DNA of 64,000 nt, taken from NCBI RefSeq assembly GCF_009914755.1, contig NC_060926.1; one strand, written 5' to 3'. The number at the start of each line of letters is the position of its first letter. The first letter of the stretch is position 1. Made by a program: the position numbers and the translations under genes. Below, piece after piece: positions 18,108-32,380 of this stretch. The notes under the pieces are model-generated. The model was not told the origin of the DNA. It was given only the letters and a program-made list of their open reading frames with translations, and searched no databases. The stretch comes from the human T2T-CHM13v2.0 reference genome, Homo sapiens.

Positions 18108-19803
18108 AGAAAGCTGTGATATTGATATTTAGTAACGATACATATTGTTGAAAAAAATCAACTTTTGGAAAAAATGCTCTTACTATACAACTTAGGAATT
18201 GGAAAAATATACATATTTTCTATATATAATGCACAGGGAAAATGAAATGGCACATAAACTCCTGATAGTAATCTCTGGGTAGGGAAATAATCTCTGGCTT
18301 GGAGTGCCAGGGATGTTGAGATTTTGGTCTCTTCCCATTTGTATAATTTGATCCTTCATAATGAGTATGTAGTATGTGTCAGTTATTCAAATCAAAGAAA
18401 GCCTATTAGACTCATGTATATAGTCATTTATTTTGTGGCCAATTTTTTGGTGTGCTTTTCCTTAGAAAATATAGATATCTTTTTTTAAGTCCTAGAAAAT
18501 ATCTTAAGCTTTAAAAAAGATATTCAGGGAAATTAAATACCACACGTCTTCAATACTAAGACATTGATTTTAAGATACATCATTAATTTAATAATAGCTT
18601 TTCAGAAAAATCCAGGACATACAATTTTATACATCACATTGAATGTTTAAAATGATTATAAGATGCATTTCAACTTCATGAATGTTTTTTAGACAAAATG
18701 ATAATTACAGTAGTATCACATTTTGCAGAGAAGTGTAGGTAAGTAAGATTGGAGGCTTGATTCTCCCCCTTTCATAAATGAATAAGTATGCGCTTGCAAA
18801 TTGTGAAGGATCAGATTCACGTGCCTCTGGCAGGAATATTTACAGAAGAAAAGACAATCACGGGTAAAGCCCACTGCCCACTAGAAATGCCTGCATGAGT
18901 GAAACATATTCCTCCTGAGGGATGCAAGATCTCACCTTATTTGGAAATGGAAATTTGGTTGGTTCCACTTTGCCAGGTGCTTGAATAGCAGAAAGTGGTG
19001 GAAGCCAGGTCATCTCCTGAAGGACGGGATAAAAACAAACAATATTGTGATACAGACAGTATTTAAAATCAGCGGTATGTAAAGCAGCTGTACAAGTGGG
19101 CCTTCATAAGGCAGGGAAGGGTTAAAAAATGTACAAAGGCTGAAAGAATTTTAAAAAAAGATGTGAAATCCACTTTTATGATTTCATTTCCTAATTTTAC
19201 CAATTCTTGACTCCTTGGCTCTCCCCATGCTCCCTTTATACCTTAAAAAAGTTTGCAAGGCTGTCCTATTTTCACTTCATTTAAGGTCCTGAGTAAAGGG
19301 ACAATCTAGTAGCAAAAGTTCTATGGAAAATGCCACATGAAGGGGACTCGGACTTGATCCCACAGAATTCACAGGGTGTCTCCAAAGAAATGCATAAGGT
19401 ACTTTTAACTTTATGAATCTTTATTAGAGGAGTTATTTATACAATTAGAAATAAAGTATCAGTTCTCAATAAGGCCCACACATCACTTTGGTCTTCATAA
19501 AATGTCATTCACGGAGAGTGAAAAAACAAATCACGCCTATGAAATACAGAGACAGAATGATGTCATTTCTTATAACACAGTATTAAGAACACAACATGAG
19601 CTTAACATGGAATAATTTCTCATCCACTTTTTGACACACTTTCTCTAAGCCTTGGGAAAGGGAGAGAGGGGTTGTTTTATTCACTTCCAGTATTCACCTT
19701 CAGTTTCATCTCTGGAAGGGAGTTCCAATCAATAAATGATTACAGAATTACATTGATTTCTGATGACCAGGACGCCAACTTGGAGTTTACGAATTAGATG
19801 TGA

Positions 19804-20113
<310 letters not shown>

Positions 20114-21835
20114 GAACCCTATTTCTTGATTTGCCTGCACTTCCAAACCTAAGCAAGCACAGAAGCAGTGGTCGATCCATTTTCAGAAAAGTGAGAAATT
20201 CTCTCGCTCGAGGTGAGGACATTTCCTTACCTCCCTTTGGCGGGTGGGTGTTGAAAAGCGATTCTGTCAGGCTTTTGGAAGGAAAGAGCTCTTGGGAATG
20301 GTCGGGCACCTTCTTTTCTTGGGTCATTCACCTCCCCCAGCACCTCAGATAGTGCAGAACCCACACAGGAAGCCGTGGGAGGGCGAGTGTGTTCAAAGCC
20401 ATGTGGGAAGGATTTACTGACCCCATATCATCTCTCCCACACCACGACACGTGACACAGACAGTAGGTGGGTTAGGCACATACGCATTCTAGGTGTCCCT
20501 TCTCCATTCTGGTGTTACCAACCAATTGTATACAATTTTATACATCACAAAGCAAAGCAAAGGTGGATCCAGTGACCCTTTAAACTGTCCCTCTCTCCTC
20601 CCATCTCTGCCCTGCTGGTGCCTTGGTCTCCCTTTGAGGAGGCTGATAAGCAGGACTGTCAAGTTTGCGTCCACAGTGGCATCTTTGTCCATGGAGTCAA
20701 GGAACTATTCGTCATTCTCAGAGTTGGGCCACCTTGTCTAGGACCTGGTCAGCTCTTACCCAGAGTGTTACTACCCGATTAAGAAAGCCATGAAGACACA
20801 AGTGGGTTTTCCATACCTTGGCTCCCCCATAGGGCCATCTCTCCTCTACAAGGTTTCTGATTTTACCCTTCCATTTTCATTACTGGAGAGGATATGTGAT
20901 TTTGCTATAAGTGGCTTCAAATCTTCTGTAGAGAAATTATTCATCAATTACAAACTATTAAACCAATTGTCCTTTTCCTCTTTTGTTGACTGTCTGATGT
21001 GTCCCTGAGTCCATCCCACTGCTAATCAGCCACTCAATAGCTTCCTTTGCAATCACTCTTTCGCTTACACAATTTACATTGTCTGATCCTCAGGGGACAA
21101 CATTGCGAAGTACAAACTAATTACTCATGATTAAACATCAGACTTACACATACCACCCCGGTATGTCTATGTTAACTTTGCATACAGACTCCCTCTGTGT
21201 ATCAGAATGCCTCACATTTGTGCAATTTTTCTCTGACTGTAGCTAAAATCCAAAAAGATAAACTATTATTTCAGCGTGTCCTCCAGCAACTCAAGAATAA
21301 ATAAAATGAAAAGTCCATAAAAAATGAGTAACAGTACCTTCAAAAGAACACTTCCTAGAGCAACAGCTTCTTACAACTGACACTTTCAGGTTCAAATCTG
21401 TTTAATACACCGTTTATCCAAGAGTGGAATAGCAGACAAACTTTGAGATACCACTAAGCTGTGATTCTTAAGGGTGGAAACTGTCCTCCTGATCTTTGTA
21501 CCTTAATCAGGGTCCATCCCTGAGCACCCACTCATCCCCTGAACATTTCCTGAAAACTTACCATTGGCAGGCACTGTAACTGTGTCTTATGTACACGAAG
21601 TGCTCAGTTCAGCATCTACTGAATTTGAAAGTTAGGGTATCGGCTCTGGCTGTGTCTATTATCAGTCTTTCTTCTCTAATTCCAGCTATGCTTGTAATCA
21701 ATCTTTCCATTTCTTTCTTTCTTCCTTCCCTCCAACTCACCTATTCATTAATCCAATAACCACCCAACCTCAAAAGCAATATCCACAGAAGGCAGATGAC
21801 ACATTCTCTTAGCTTGCTGTCCTCATGCAAATACC

Positions 21836-22961
21836 CCTTCTCCTTTGAAGCTCTTGCCAGGTGGTTTTGGACCCTCACTAAAGATGAGCTGCATCTTTTT
21901 CTGTCCACTCCACTCCTTTAAATCAGACTAACGGCTCCCTCCAAAATTGCCTCCTGCCCTCCCTACCTTCATGATATTTTCCTATTTTTTTTTTTTTTTG
22001 AGCTGGAGTTTTGCTCTTGTTGCCTAGGCTGGAGTGCAATGGCGCGATCTCAGCTCACCGCGACCTCTGCCTTCCAGTTCAAGCAATTCTCCTGCCTCAG
22101 CCTCCCGAGTAGCTGGGATTACAGGCATGCGTCACCACACCTGGCTAATTCTGTATTTTTAGTAGAGATGGGGTTTCTCCATGTTGGTCAGGCTGGTCTC
22201 GAACTTCCGACCTCAGGTGATCCGCCTGCCTTGGCCTGCCAAAGTGCTGGGATTACAGGAGTGAGTCACCGCGCCCGGCCCCTATTGGTTTTTTAAAGGC
22301 AACTGGGCAATCTTATGGGCACCCCCAAGCATTTCTTTTCACCTTCTTGACATGTTCTTCTTCTGAGTCCATCTCTGCTCCCCTCAAATTTTTGGCTTCA
22401 CAACCCTGACTTTAACTCTGATCTTTGGACTTCGTCTTGAAGATTCGGAATCTTGGCTTTTCCCAGTCTACTCTGAGCCAGCTCATTCCAGGGAATCGCC
22501 AGGCCCTATTTCTCATCCGGTAAAAATCGGCATATCAAATTGCTCTTGAAATTCAACACCCAACACTAGCCACCTTGCAGACATCTTAGCTGGCTTCTCC
22601 TACACAAGGGGAGAATCAATGGTAGGTCCATACAAATCTGGATCAAGCCCTCATGTCTCCATTTTTGGACCAAGCTCTCATTCTGGCTTCTCTGATTCTA
22701 TACTTGGGCTCCTTAGGAAAGGTAACTGTGCACAATGGTGGGATACAGAAGTAGGACACGGACTTCTCTAAACTTGGGCCCTCCTTTCCTTCTCCTTTGA
22801 GGCTCTTGCCAGGTGGTTCTGGATCCTCATTAAAGATGATCTGCATCTTTCTCTGTCCACTCCACCCCTTTAAATCAGCCTAATGGCTCCCTCCAAAATC
22901 GCCTCCTGCCCTCCCTACCTTCATGTCTTTCTATTGGTTTTTAAAGGCAATTGGGCAATCT
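21836..22961 (+). repeat. Dispersed direct duplication of ~174 bp (copy 1 21836-22313, Alu-interrupted; copy 2 22788-22961)
   Basis: CCTTCTCCTTTGA(A/G)GCTCTTGCCAGGTGGTT...TTTAAAGGCAA(C/T)TGGGCAATCT occurs twice, with ~11 substitutions plus small indels by hand count. Confidence 0.95.
21985..22280 (-). mobile_element. AluSp-like
   Basis: GGTTTCTCCATGTTGGTCAGG and CTCACCGC diagnostics; short TSD CCTATT at 21981 and 22281. Confidence 0.93.
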
Positions 22962-23329
22962 GGTGGTGGCTTGGGCCATGTGGCTTGGGCAATCCTTGAA
23001 TTCATTCCTAGTCTGTTCCTTTTTCTGAGTTCCTCAAACATTCTTTCCACATTGGTGATTTTTCTTGAGCCTCACTTTGATCCCTGCTTTCTCACAACAG
23101 GTGACCCTGCCTCCTATGGCACTGAATAAACAAAGGCTCTTAAGTGTAAATGTTTCCCAAGGACAGACCTGTGGGTGTTCATGCCTGACCCCGTTGCCTT
23201 CCTTCTGGTCTGACTGGAAGAGGCATGAGTTCCAAGCTAATACCTGCCTGCACCCTCTGTCTGTTACTCTGTCCTTGGGGATCCAGTTCCATCAGTATCT
23301 CACTGGTATTGGTTTAACATCAATCTTTC

Positions 23330-24800
23330 CTTCTCCACTGGCTTTTTCCCCCAAGACTGACAAATGATCTCAGGCCTCAGCCCTTCCTGACACTGTATTC
23401 CTCCTCCAGCTGATCTTCATTTCTCTATTTCTCTTGATAGCTAACACTCTCAAAGAAGTCTTTATACTTGCTGTTTTGACATCCTCACCTACCATTTCTA
23501 TTTTTGACTTAAGATTTTTTGTTGCAGATTATACACATAAGAGTCCATATAATATTGTGCATGTGTGTGTGTAAGCTTAAGATTAATGAAACGAATACCT
23601 GTGAACTCATGACCCACCTTCACATTTCCAAGACCTTAGCAACCACTTTCAATAGAAGCAGCCCTGACATAACTCCTTCTGTTGTCAAGGGCATTGGATT
23701 TCCTTGAATGCTCATTTCCCCCTGACTCTCTTCCCCCGTGGCTCCCACGCTGTCCTCCTGGCCCAGCTCCACTCTCGGAGATCTCATGCTCATTCTTTTT
23801 TGCTGAAACTTCTTTTCTCTCACTGTTCCTTGGGTGTTTTGTGTTCAGCCTTCCTCTCACTACCCTTCTTTCCCTGGCTGATCTTGCTACTGTGGCTTTA
23901 AAAACCATGTGGTATGCTGGTGATGCCTAAAAGCACATCCAGGTCTAACGTGCCCACTCTAGATGTCTACTGAGCCACTCAACCTGGGTGCTCATGAGCG
24001 ATTCAAACTCACCATGTTTAAAGCTAAACTTACACACCACACAAACTTTTCTTCTTCTTGTACTTTATATGCTGGTTAATGGCAGCAACATCTATTAACT
24101 CTTCAAGTCAGCATACCTGGAGTTATGCCAGATTCCTTCTCTTTCACTCCCTCTCTCATAATAATAACAATAATTCTCATTTATTAAGCATTTAAAATAT
24201 ATTATGCACGATTTTAAACGCTTTATGTGATTTGCTTAATTCTCATACCCACCCTGAAAGGTAGGCTTTATTATTTTCTTACTTTATAGATGAGGAAACT
24301 AAGTCACTAAAAGGTTAAGTGATTTGCTGAAGTTCACCCAGCAGCTGGACTTAACCATATCCTGGGCTACCTCTAAGTGGATCCAAGACCTTGTATATTC
24401 TAGCCAACTCCTAACTCCAGCCTCTCAAGCTGAGATCCCCTGAATATACCACGCTTTGCACATGCTGGTAGCACCTCCCAACCTCCTATTGTTTGCTGGG
24501 TTGTTTACTCATCAGTCAAGACCCAGCTCCATTTCCTCCTTTGCTATGAAGTCTTCTTTGGCCAAACCAAGCCACCGTTGACTCAACCTTCCTTTGTGCC
24601 ACATTTCCCACGTACAGGTCTCTTTTAGAACACTTGTCCCCTCTATTGTGGTTACTTGTTTATACATCAGTGCCTCCCCTCTAACCTGTGATGAACCCCT
24701 CAAGGCTGTGTATTTTTTGTCTGGTGGCCCAGCACCTAATACAGAGCCTGGAGCAGAATGGGTGCTCACTTCATTTCTGAACAAATACTGAATTGAACAT
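23330..24800 (+). mobile_element. L2 fragments with inserted MIR (~24160-24350, minus) and other small pieces
   Basis: CT-rich L2-like sequence ending CCCAGCACCTAATACAGAGCCTGG...TGAATTGAA; MIR core TTTATAGATGAGGAAACT. Confidence 0.65.
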
Positions 24801-25013
24801 TCAGCAGTGAATCTCTGCAGTGTGTCTACCTTTCTCTCCTTTCTGTTACCTGAACTGCCATCCTAATCACACCTTCATTATCTTTAACCTGAAGTACTCT
24901 TATAGCATCCTGATTGGTTCTCTGTCTTCTGTTAGCAGTCCACCCTCCACACTGCTGCAAACTCAATTTTCGTAATTCAGAAAAACTTCACTGCTCTAAA
25001 AATCTTCACATGC

Positions 25014-25406
<393 letters not shown>

Positions 25407-26009
25407 TCAAAATACTTCCCCATGCATTTTGTCACTTATGCCCAATCTTTAACGCAACAATTGCCATCTCCATAGTACAGCAAGGAAGTTAAAGCTCAAA
25501 AAGATTAACTGATTAGTCCAAGGTCACTCAGTTCCTAGGTTTGGCCAGATAACTCTTTACTCCCAGTCCAGTATTTGTTTTCCAATCTATTGAATTTACC
25601 CTCAGAATCCTCACCCTAGTACTCAAGACCTTCTACAATAAGGTCCCAGTCTTCAGCTTCATGCCTTTTTATTGCTCTACAAATACTCTACCTACAAGAA
25701 AAACTAGCCTCTGCTTTTACTTACACCATCCCCTTAGTGTGTGAATACCCTTCCTCATATGTCTCTGAGTCTCTTTTTATCCATTAAGGCTCATCTCAAA
25801 CATCATTTGTGTCTTGAGGCTTTTGCAGATTTCCCTTCTATGCCAATATAATAGGATAGTTCTCTGCTCATGCTCCTCCAAAGCACTTATTTCTTTTTCT
25901 CTTACATTCTGTTTTGTGTTATAGTTTTATGAATATGTACTTCAATCTACACCCAACCATTTATCTCTCTTTGAATGCTCTTTCTCCAATGTGAAATAAA
26001 AGCAATACT

Positions 26010-26126
26010 TAGGAATCCTAATAATCTCTTTTAAGAGCATTCAGTTTTACTAGGCATAATCCCCAAATAGGAATTCTAATAATCCCTTTCAAGAGCATTT
26101 GGATTTACTAAACATAATCGCCTAAA
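26010..26126 (+). repeat. Diverged tandem duplication, 58-bp period, 2 copies
   Basis: TAGGAAT(C/T)CTAATAATC...AAGAGCATT...TTTACTA..CATAATC..C.AAA at 26010 and 26068. Confidence 0.9.
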
Positions 26127-26549
26127 GAAGTAATATAAATTTCCTCTGAGAGGGATATTATCTACTTATCTTTGTGGAGACTGGAACATCTTACATAGTA
26201 AGTGCTCTATATAAACTTGTTGAATTGAACTGAACATCCACATTTCAATGCAAACTTGCTTGCTAATTTTGCTTTAATTATAGCTAAGTATTTCCGTGTG
26301 ATTTTTCCATCTAACAAATTCTACTAACTACATGAAGGAATAGTAAAGAAAATATGGTTACTTAAAGCATTCAGGTCTGTAAGAATTTCCAAAAACTAAG
26401 AATTATTTCTATGATTTTAATACATTTATAATGTAATGCAAATACAAAATATGTAATATACATACAAAATGTAATTTATGAGGTACAATGCTTTTATAAG
26501 ATTGATTATCCATTACATTAAAATTTCACACTAGAATTGCATGGGAAAA

Positions 26550-26820
26550 TCAAGGGCGAATGGACTATCCTGATTTCCTCTTCTATCACTTGCTAGCCTC
26601 CTGAGCTTAGGTAAGTCACATGCTCAGTAAACTACCGTGATTTCAAGCTGTGGACTTTACGATCAATCAGATCTCAGTTTGTGGTACCTTACAACCAGAG
26701 GAAATGGGGATATAACTATCCCATGGTTTAGTCATAAAGATTAAATGAGATCATACATACATACATATATAAAGAAACTAGTATAGTTCCCCTCCCATTT
26801 AAGCATTCAATAAAAGACAG
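26550..26820 (+). mobile_element. MIR
   Basis: CTTAGGTAAGTCAC, AAAGATTAAATGAGAT and GCATTCAATAAA resemble MIR motifs. Confidence 0.6.
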
Positions 26821-27641
26821 TACTGATTAATATCAAGCTGAGTTTCTGAATTGTCTCTAAAATGAGAAATATAACTTCACTCTGAGCTTTAGTTGTTGGG
26901 AGTCTGAGATGAGAGAATATATGGGGAAGAGTTTTTTAAATAAAAGAATAAGTATCATGCAAATGTAGCCTGTAATTAAGCTAGGATTATTAATGCAAAC
27001 TATGTATTACTAAAACAGAAAGATATTTAAAGAGATTATTATTATTCCTAAGTATGATCTGTACTTTTTATTGGAGAAAATGTCCCTAAGTTTTTTCATA
27101 GAAACAGATTTCTGACAAAATAATAGTCAGTGGGATAATACGATTTGATAAAAATGTATTTCATTTGCACCTCAGTTCTGGTAATGATTTAAAATATAAG
27201 CAAAGGTAAAATTTATCATTCCTGCTAAAATTGCACTTAGCTTGCTCCACATTATTTTATCACTGAGAAACAATGCTATTTCATTACAAGGACACTGATC
27301 CCACGTCACTGTAGCCATGGTCCTCACCCCTGCCTGTGTTCCCCACTTCACCCCCAACCACCCTTTCATTGCTGCTTTGCCTCTATTGACCTACTTTGGC
27401 CATCCTTTAACCACTTCCCAGACCATATGTAAGACAGGAAGAGAAATGTAATGTTTAAAGCCACTTACTCCAAAGTCTAGCTGGCGACCTTCGGATCTTA
27501 TAAACTCCCCTGCCCTTTCTTTGCTTTGTCTGCCTTCTCTCCTTTTTCATTTTCTTGTCACTCAGGAATAAGCCTGCACCCTATTCCCCTACTCTTGAGA
27601 GGTCCTCAGTTTTGCCCTTGGGGTTTCTTAGTCACCTGCCC

Positions 27642-27775
27642 TTTTTTTTCCTTTTTTTTTTTGAGATAAAGTCTCACTAAGTTGCCCGGGCTGGCCTCAA
27701 ACTCCGGGGCTCATATGATCCTCCTGCTTTGGCCTCCCGAGTAGCTGGAACACAGGTGCAGGCTGCCATGTCCCA
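27642..27775 (-). mobile_element. FLAM (free left Alu monomer)
   Basis: Poly-T, GAGATAAAGTCTCACTAAGTTGCCCGGGCTGGCCTCAAACTCC...; monomer length. Confidence 0.85.
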
Positions 27776-28801
27776 CTCCTTAGCCTTTTAGATACTCCAG
27801 GTGATGGAACTGAGAATCCACGTATCTGCCTCAACACAGCATCGCCAGTCCCTTCTCCCTACACAGATGTCTAGTTACTCAAGGGATACGTTCAGGTGAC
27901 TTCTTTTTTTTTTTTTTGTATAGGCTTATAATGCCAAGACTCTTTATATTAAATATACTCACTTTTCTCCTAAAATGAAAGAATAGATGGTTAAATGATA
28001 AGGACACAGAATATTGCTCTTCATAACTGTCTAACGTTTTCTCTATCCTCCATATCCCAATTTTCAGGAGGTCATGGGCACATGGGCCAGTTTCCATTTT
28101 CACGTCTACTCTACAGCAAGACTGACGCCAGTCTCCAAGAACCCACACACTGATGGTGCATAGACTTTCATGTGCTCCATCTGCACAATGCCCTCCATGT
28201 AGCTGACCACTCTTCTGATGCCAGCTGCCTCTGCCTGTTTTAGGACAAGTGACAGGAGGCCTTGGGCATCCCCACCTCACATAGCAGCTCTTTGTTACCA
28301 AAGGAGAGAAGAAACAAAAATAGAATTTTAGCCTCAAGTTAAATCTTCGAGTTCAGAGTGTGCAGCTATGAAGACCTGCAAAGTCTGTTTAGCTTACAAT
28401 AGGTTCAACTAGAAAAAATTTAAGCCATGTTTTCATTTCCCTATTAAAACAAGTGAGGAGAAAAACACTTTTCCTGGTCTCTCTCCCTTGTCTGTCACTG
28501 CCACAGGAGAGTTCCATCTCGAACACTTACTATGTCACCTTTGTTCCAAAGTTTCCAGTGACCCCGGTCCAATTGTTCAAGATGCTCTGTCACATGGCAC
28601 CATCAAGGACCACTGTGGCATTACCGCCTGCTGCTTTTCTATACACTGTCTTCCCCAAGCCTGATGTCTTACTTCTTGTCCTGCCCCAGGCTTTCCTGCC
28701 CCCATCTTGTTTCTCTTTTCCTTTCACGTTATTCCATCTCACTTACCTCTGCATTCTTTCTCATCCTGGCCTGTCTGTGAAGGTGACCTGTGCTACCCTG
28801 A

Positions 28802-29155
<354 letters not shown>

Positions 29156-30118
29156 TAGCAACTACATGCTACTCAGTGCTGTGAGCTTTCTTGTCATGTG
29201 TTACCACTATCAGAATATTTTTAAAATCCCTACTAGATTACAAACTCTTCGAGGGAAGGGATCATGTCTAATAATGCTCTTGTAACTCCTCAAAGGCCTA
29301 GCACAATGGTCAGAATAATAGGAATTAATTGAACTTCTCTGTAAGTCTCTTTTCTTGCCTGTGAAATAATGGTAGCAAGAAATTACACTGGTTTCACCAA
29401 GCGTATGTGACTGTTGCCAGGATTGAAGGATCTGCCTGGCAGATGACCGCAGTTAACTCCAGAATTCTTTGTGCTCAGAAACTTACTGTTTTCTAAACAA
29501 GACACGGGGTGAATTCTGCGACTTGGGAATAAAAATGCAAGATGCTCACGTTGATGTTTATGTGTGGCAGTGGCTGCTGATCACAGTGTGATTTCATTTT
29601 CAGTTTCTGTATCAGAATAATCATTCAGCTTTTCAGTTCTTCTCACACGTATTATTCGTGTTATGACACTCTTATCAGATAAGTGCTGCCAACAACAGAC
29701 ATGGTGATTTTTACAACACTGCATCTCATCTAAATGCTGGCAGCTAATGCCACTGTACCTGGTGAAGAGGAAAACACCCCTACGGGCCTGTACCTGGGAC
29801 ACCAGGCAGTAGCCCTGGAGTAAGATCAAGTGGGAGACACATATTCCTCCCCTAATGGGACTGCAGTGTGCATTCTGCCTGTCAATCCATTCCTAGCATT
29901 TGTGGGCAAAGACCCAACATCCCCCTTTAAACACAGATTCCAGGGTCAGGCTGGAAGGCTCAGAACTAGGAATTCACACTTAAAACCTTTAAGTTGGCCT
30001 CTAAATCAACAAAAATTCACAAACAACCTTATTTTACCACTCTACAGTAAAAAACAAACAAACCTGTATAGTTTGAAAAATAATAAATATAATGCATTCA
30101 TATCGATTAATATTAACA

Positions 30119-30290
30119 GGCCAGGAACAGTAGCTCACGCCTGTAATCCCAGCACTTTGGGATGCTGAGGTGGGAGGATCTCTTGAGCCTAGGAATTCTA
30201 GGTTTCCGTGAACTATGATTGCACCACTGCACTCCAGCCGGGGTGACAGAGGGAGACCCTGTCTTTAATCACAACAACAACAACAATAAT
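30119..30290 (+). mobile_element. Alu monomer (left-arm 5' part, right-arm 3' part), (CAA)n tail
   Basis: GCTCACGCCTGTAATCCCAGCACTTTGGGA followed directly by GTGAACTATGATTGCACCACTGCACTCCAGCC. Confidence 0.88.
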
Positions 30291-31704
30291 TAGCATTTTG
30301 ATGGAAATACTACTGATTGAAAACTTTTAGGAAAATGGTAGCTGCTGAAAAAAGTGCCTTTAAAAAATATCTATTTCTCATAGTATAGCATAGGCTGCTA
30401 AAATGCCAGAAACCAAAATTGCAACTGATTCAAACACAGATACAAACCAGCAAATAACCAAAAAGACTGCAAAAAAGAGGGTTAACAAAAATCGTAGCAA
30501 AATCTTGTTTCTTCAATCTGAAAACCCAGGAATATGTCCAGTTTGAACTGAAACAGGCCTGAGAAGGGGATTCCTGGGAGCTGTACACGTGTTTTCTGGT
30601 CTTATACCGACCCACTGGATGACAGGATCTCAGAATGGGACGCTGATTAATCTACTTCATTGCAGTGCCTGAGCTTCTGAACTCTGCCCCTGCCTGCGAT
30701 GAGGTTAATCATCAAAGGATAAAATGGGGGTAACAATCAATAGAATCAGTTTGAGAGGCAGCTTTCAGTTCAGGTTTTGCAGACTGACAAGTACGAAAGT
30801 AGCCATTCAAACTGGAAACACTGAGGGTAACTCAGACCTGTGCATCCCACTTGCTCCTTGGTCTGTAGATTCTCACTTATCTAAAAGCAGAGGCCACAGG
30901 GCATCTGGCCTTTCATTACTTCCTTTGCATCATCAAAAGCACTCCTTATTGCAGGGAAGTCAATTCCATGCCACTGGAGACCCTACCTTTCACCTCCTTG
31001 ACTTCAGCTTCCCTGGAAACTGAACTCTCCACAGAGAGGATTAGAACATTGAGAAAAGTCAAGATACAGTCTTCACCTTAAAAGTTTGTTTCATGCTAGA
31101 TCCCTTAATTTTGGACCTTTCTGGAGAATTCTTGTTCTCGTTTTGCATTTTTCCAGCTTTCTTTTGGGGCAGAGGATGAGAGTCACCTGTCTTATTATCT
31201 CTCTGTGTCAAGTACATTCCTGTTCTATTTATTTACTTGAAACTTTTTTGAACAATAAAAATGAAACATTAAAAAAATTTATTCTTCGATCCACCTGGTT
31301 TTCAATGTTCATTTTATTACTTGTGTTTAAAAAATAATATGATTCTCATTCTTTAACTTGCAGATTGTTCTTAGAACTGAGCATTGCATTAAAATATTCA
31401 AAGTAGTAACATTTAGATTGGGTCTTCAGAATTTTAGGAAGATGGTTTTGCTGCTGAGTATACAGCTGCATGGACTGAGTGACTCTTGTTAAACCCAGGT
31501 GACTCCAACTTCACCACGGAGTCCCTGCTGCAATATACAGACACCTGCTAGTTTCTGGCACTCCTTCAAATCTCGTGCTCATGATGAGAAGCAATAATTG
31601 GCCTGATTTTAAATTTTAAAAATGCTTTTTTTGACAAGCAAAAAAAAAATTAAAACATTTGAGGGGCACTGAGAGAATTTCCCAAATTCTGAATCTGGGG
31701 CTGA

Positions 31705-31890
31705 CACATCACTGCGTCATTTCTGAGCCAAATCTTGTCAAATCGTGTTAACTCGAGGTTTATAAAAAGTGAGCCAAATTTCTGATCAGCTCAGGAGAAA
31801 ATGCACGTTACTAACTATGCCACTGACACTTTATTTCTGACTCACATAATACTTTTTAGTGGTAGCACAAACACCCAGAAGTGAGCCTTC
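31705..31890 (+). promoter_or_regulatory. Candidate enhancer/TATA promoter
   Basis: TGCGTCA 31713-31719, TATAAAAAG 31761-31769, TGAGCCAAAT twice, TGACTCA 31838-31844, in repeat-free sequence; motif evidence only. Confidence 0.3.
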
Positions 31891-32129
31891 CTAACAGACA
31901 AATAGATGATCGTTGAACTAACTGTGGCTTGCAACAATCAAACCACTCTTTCATATATACTTAAAGGAAAAAATGGCATTATTTGGGACAGACTGGAAGA
32001 CTGTGGAGGCTGGAAGGAGAAGGGGGTGAAAATTACATTCTTGGCCACGTTTTCCACACAACCCATTCCTGAACCCCTTTCCACAGACAATTTGGAAATG
32101 TGCATTCAATAAAACCCCTGTCGCAATTG

Positions 32130-32380
32130 CAGAGAAGCAGAGGGTAGAAGACATCGGGCTTGGAGTCAGCATCTGGGAAACCTTGTATAATTTTGGCCTT
32201 GCCATAAACCAGCAGAATGACCTCGGGCAAGTTTACTTTTCCGATTATTAGTGTCCTTATCTGTAAATTGGTATCAATCATTCTATCTTGCAGGATTACC
32301 TGAGTGGTTAGTGATAAATATACAAAGAACCTAGCGTAATAGCTGGCACATAGTAGGTGCTCATAAAAAATAATTATTGC
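32130..32380 (+). mobile_element. MIR, near full length
   Basis: GGCTTGGAGTCAG...TGACCTCGGGCAAGT...CCTTATCTGTAAA...CTGGCACATAGTAGGTGCTCA. Confidence 0.85.

Noticed and set aside
21836-22961. Direct repeats as the LTRs of a miniature retroelement
   Set aside because: No TG...CA termini, PBS, PPT or flanking TSD seen
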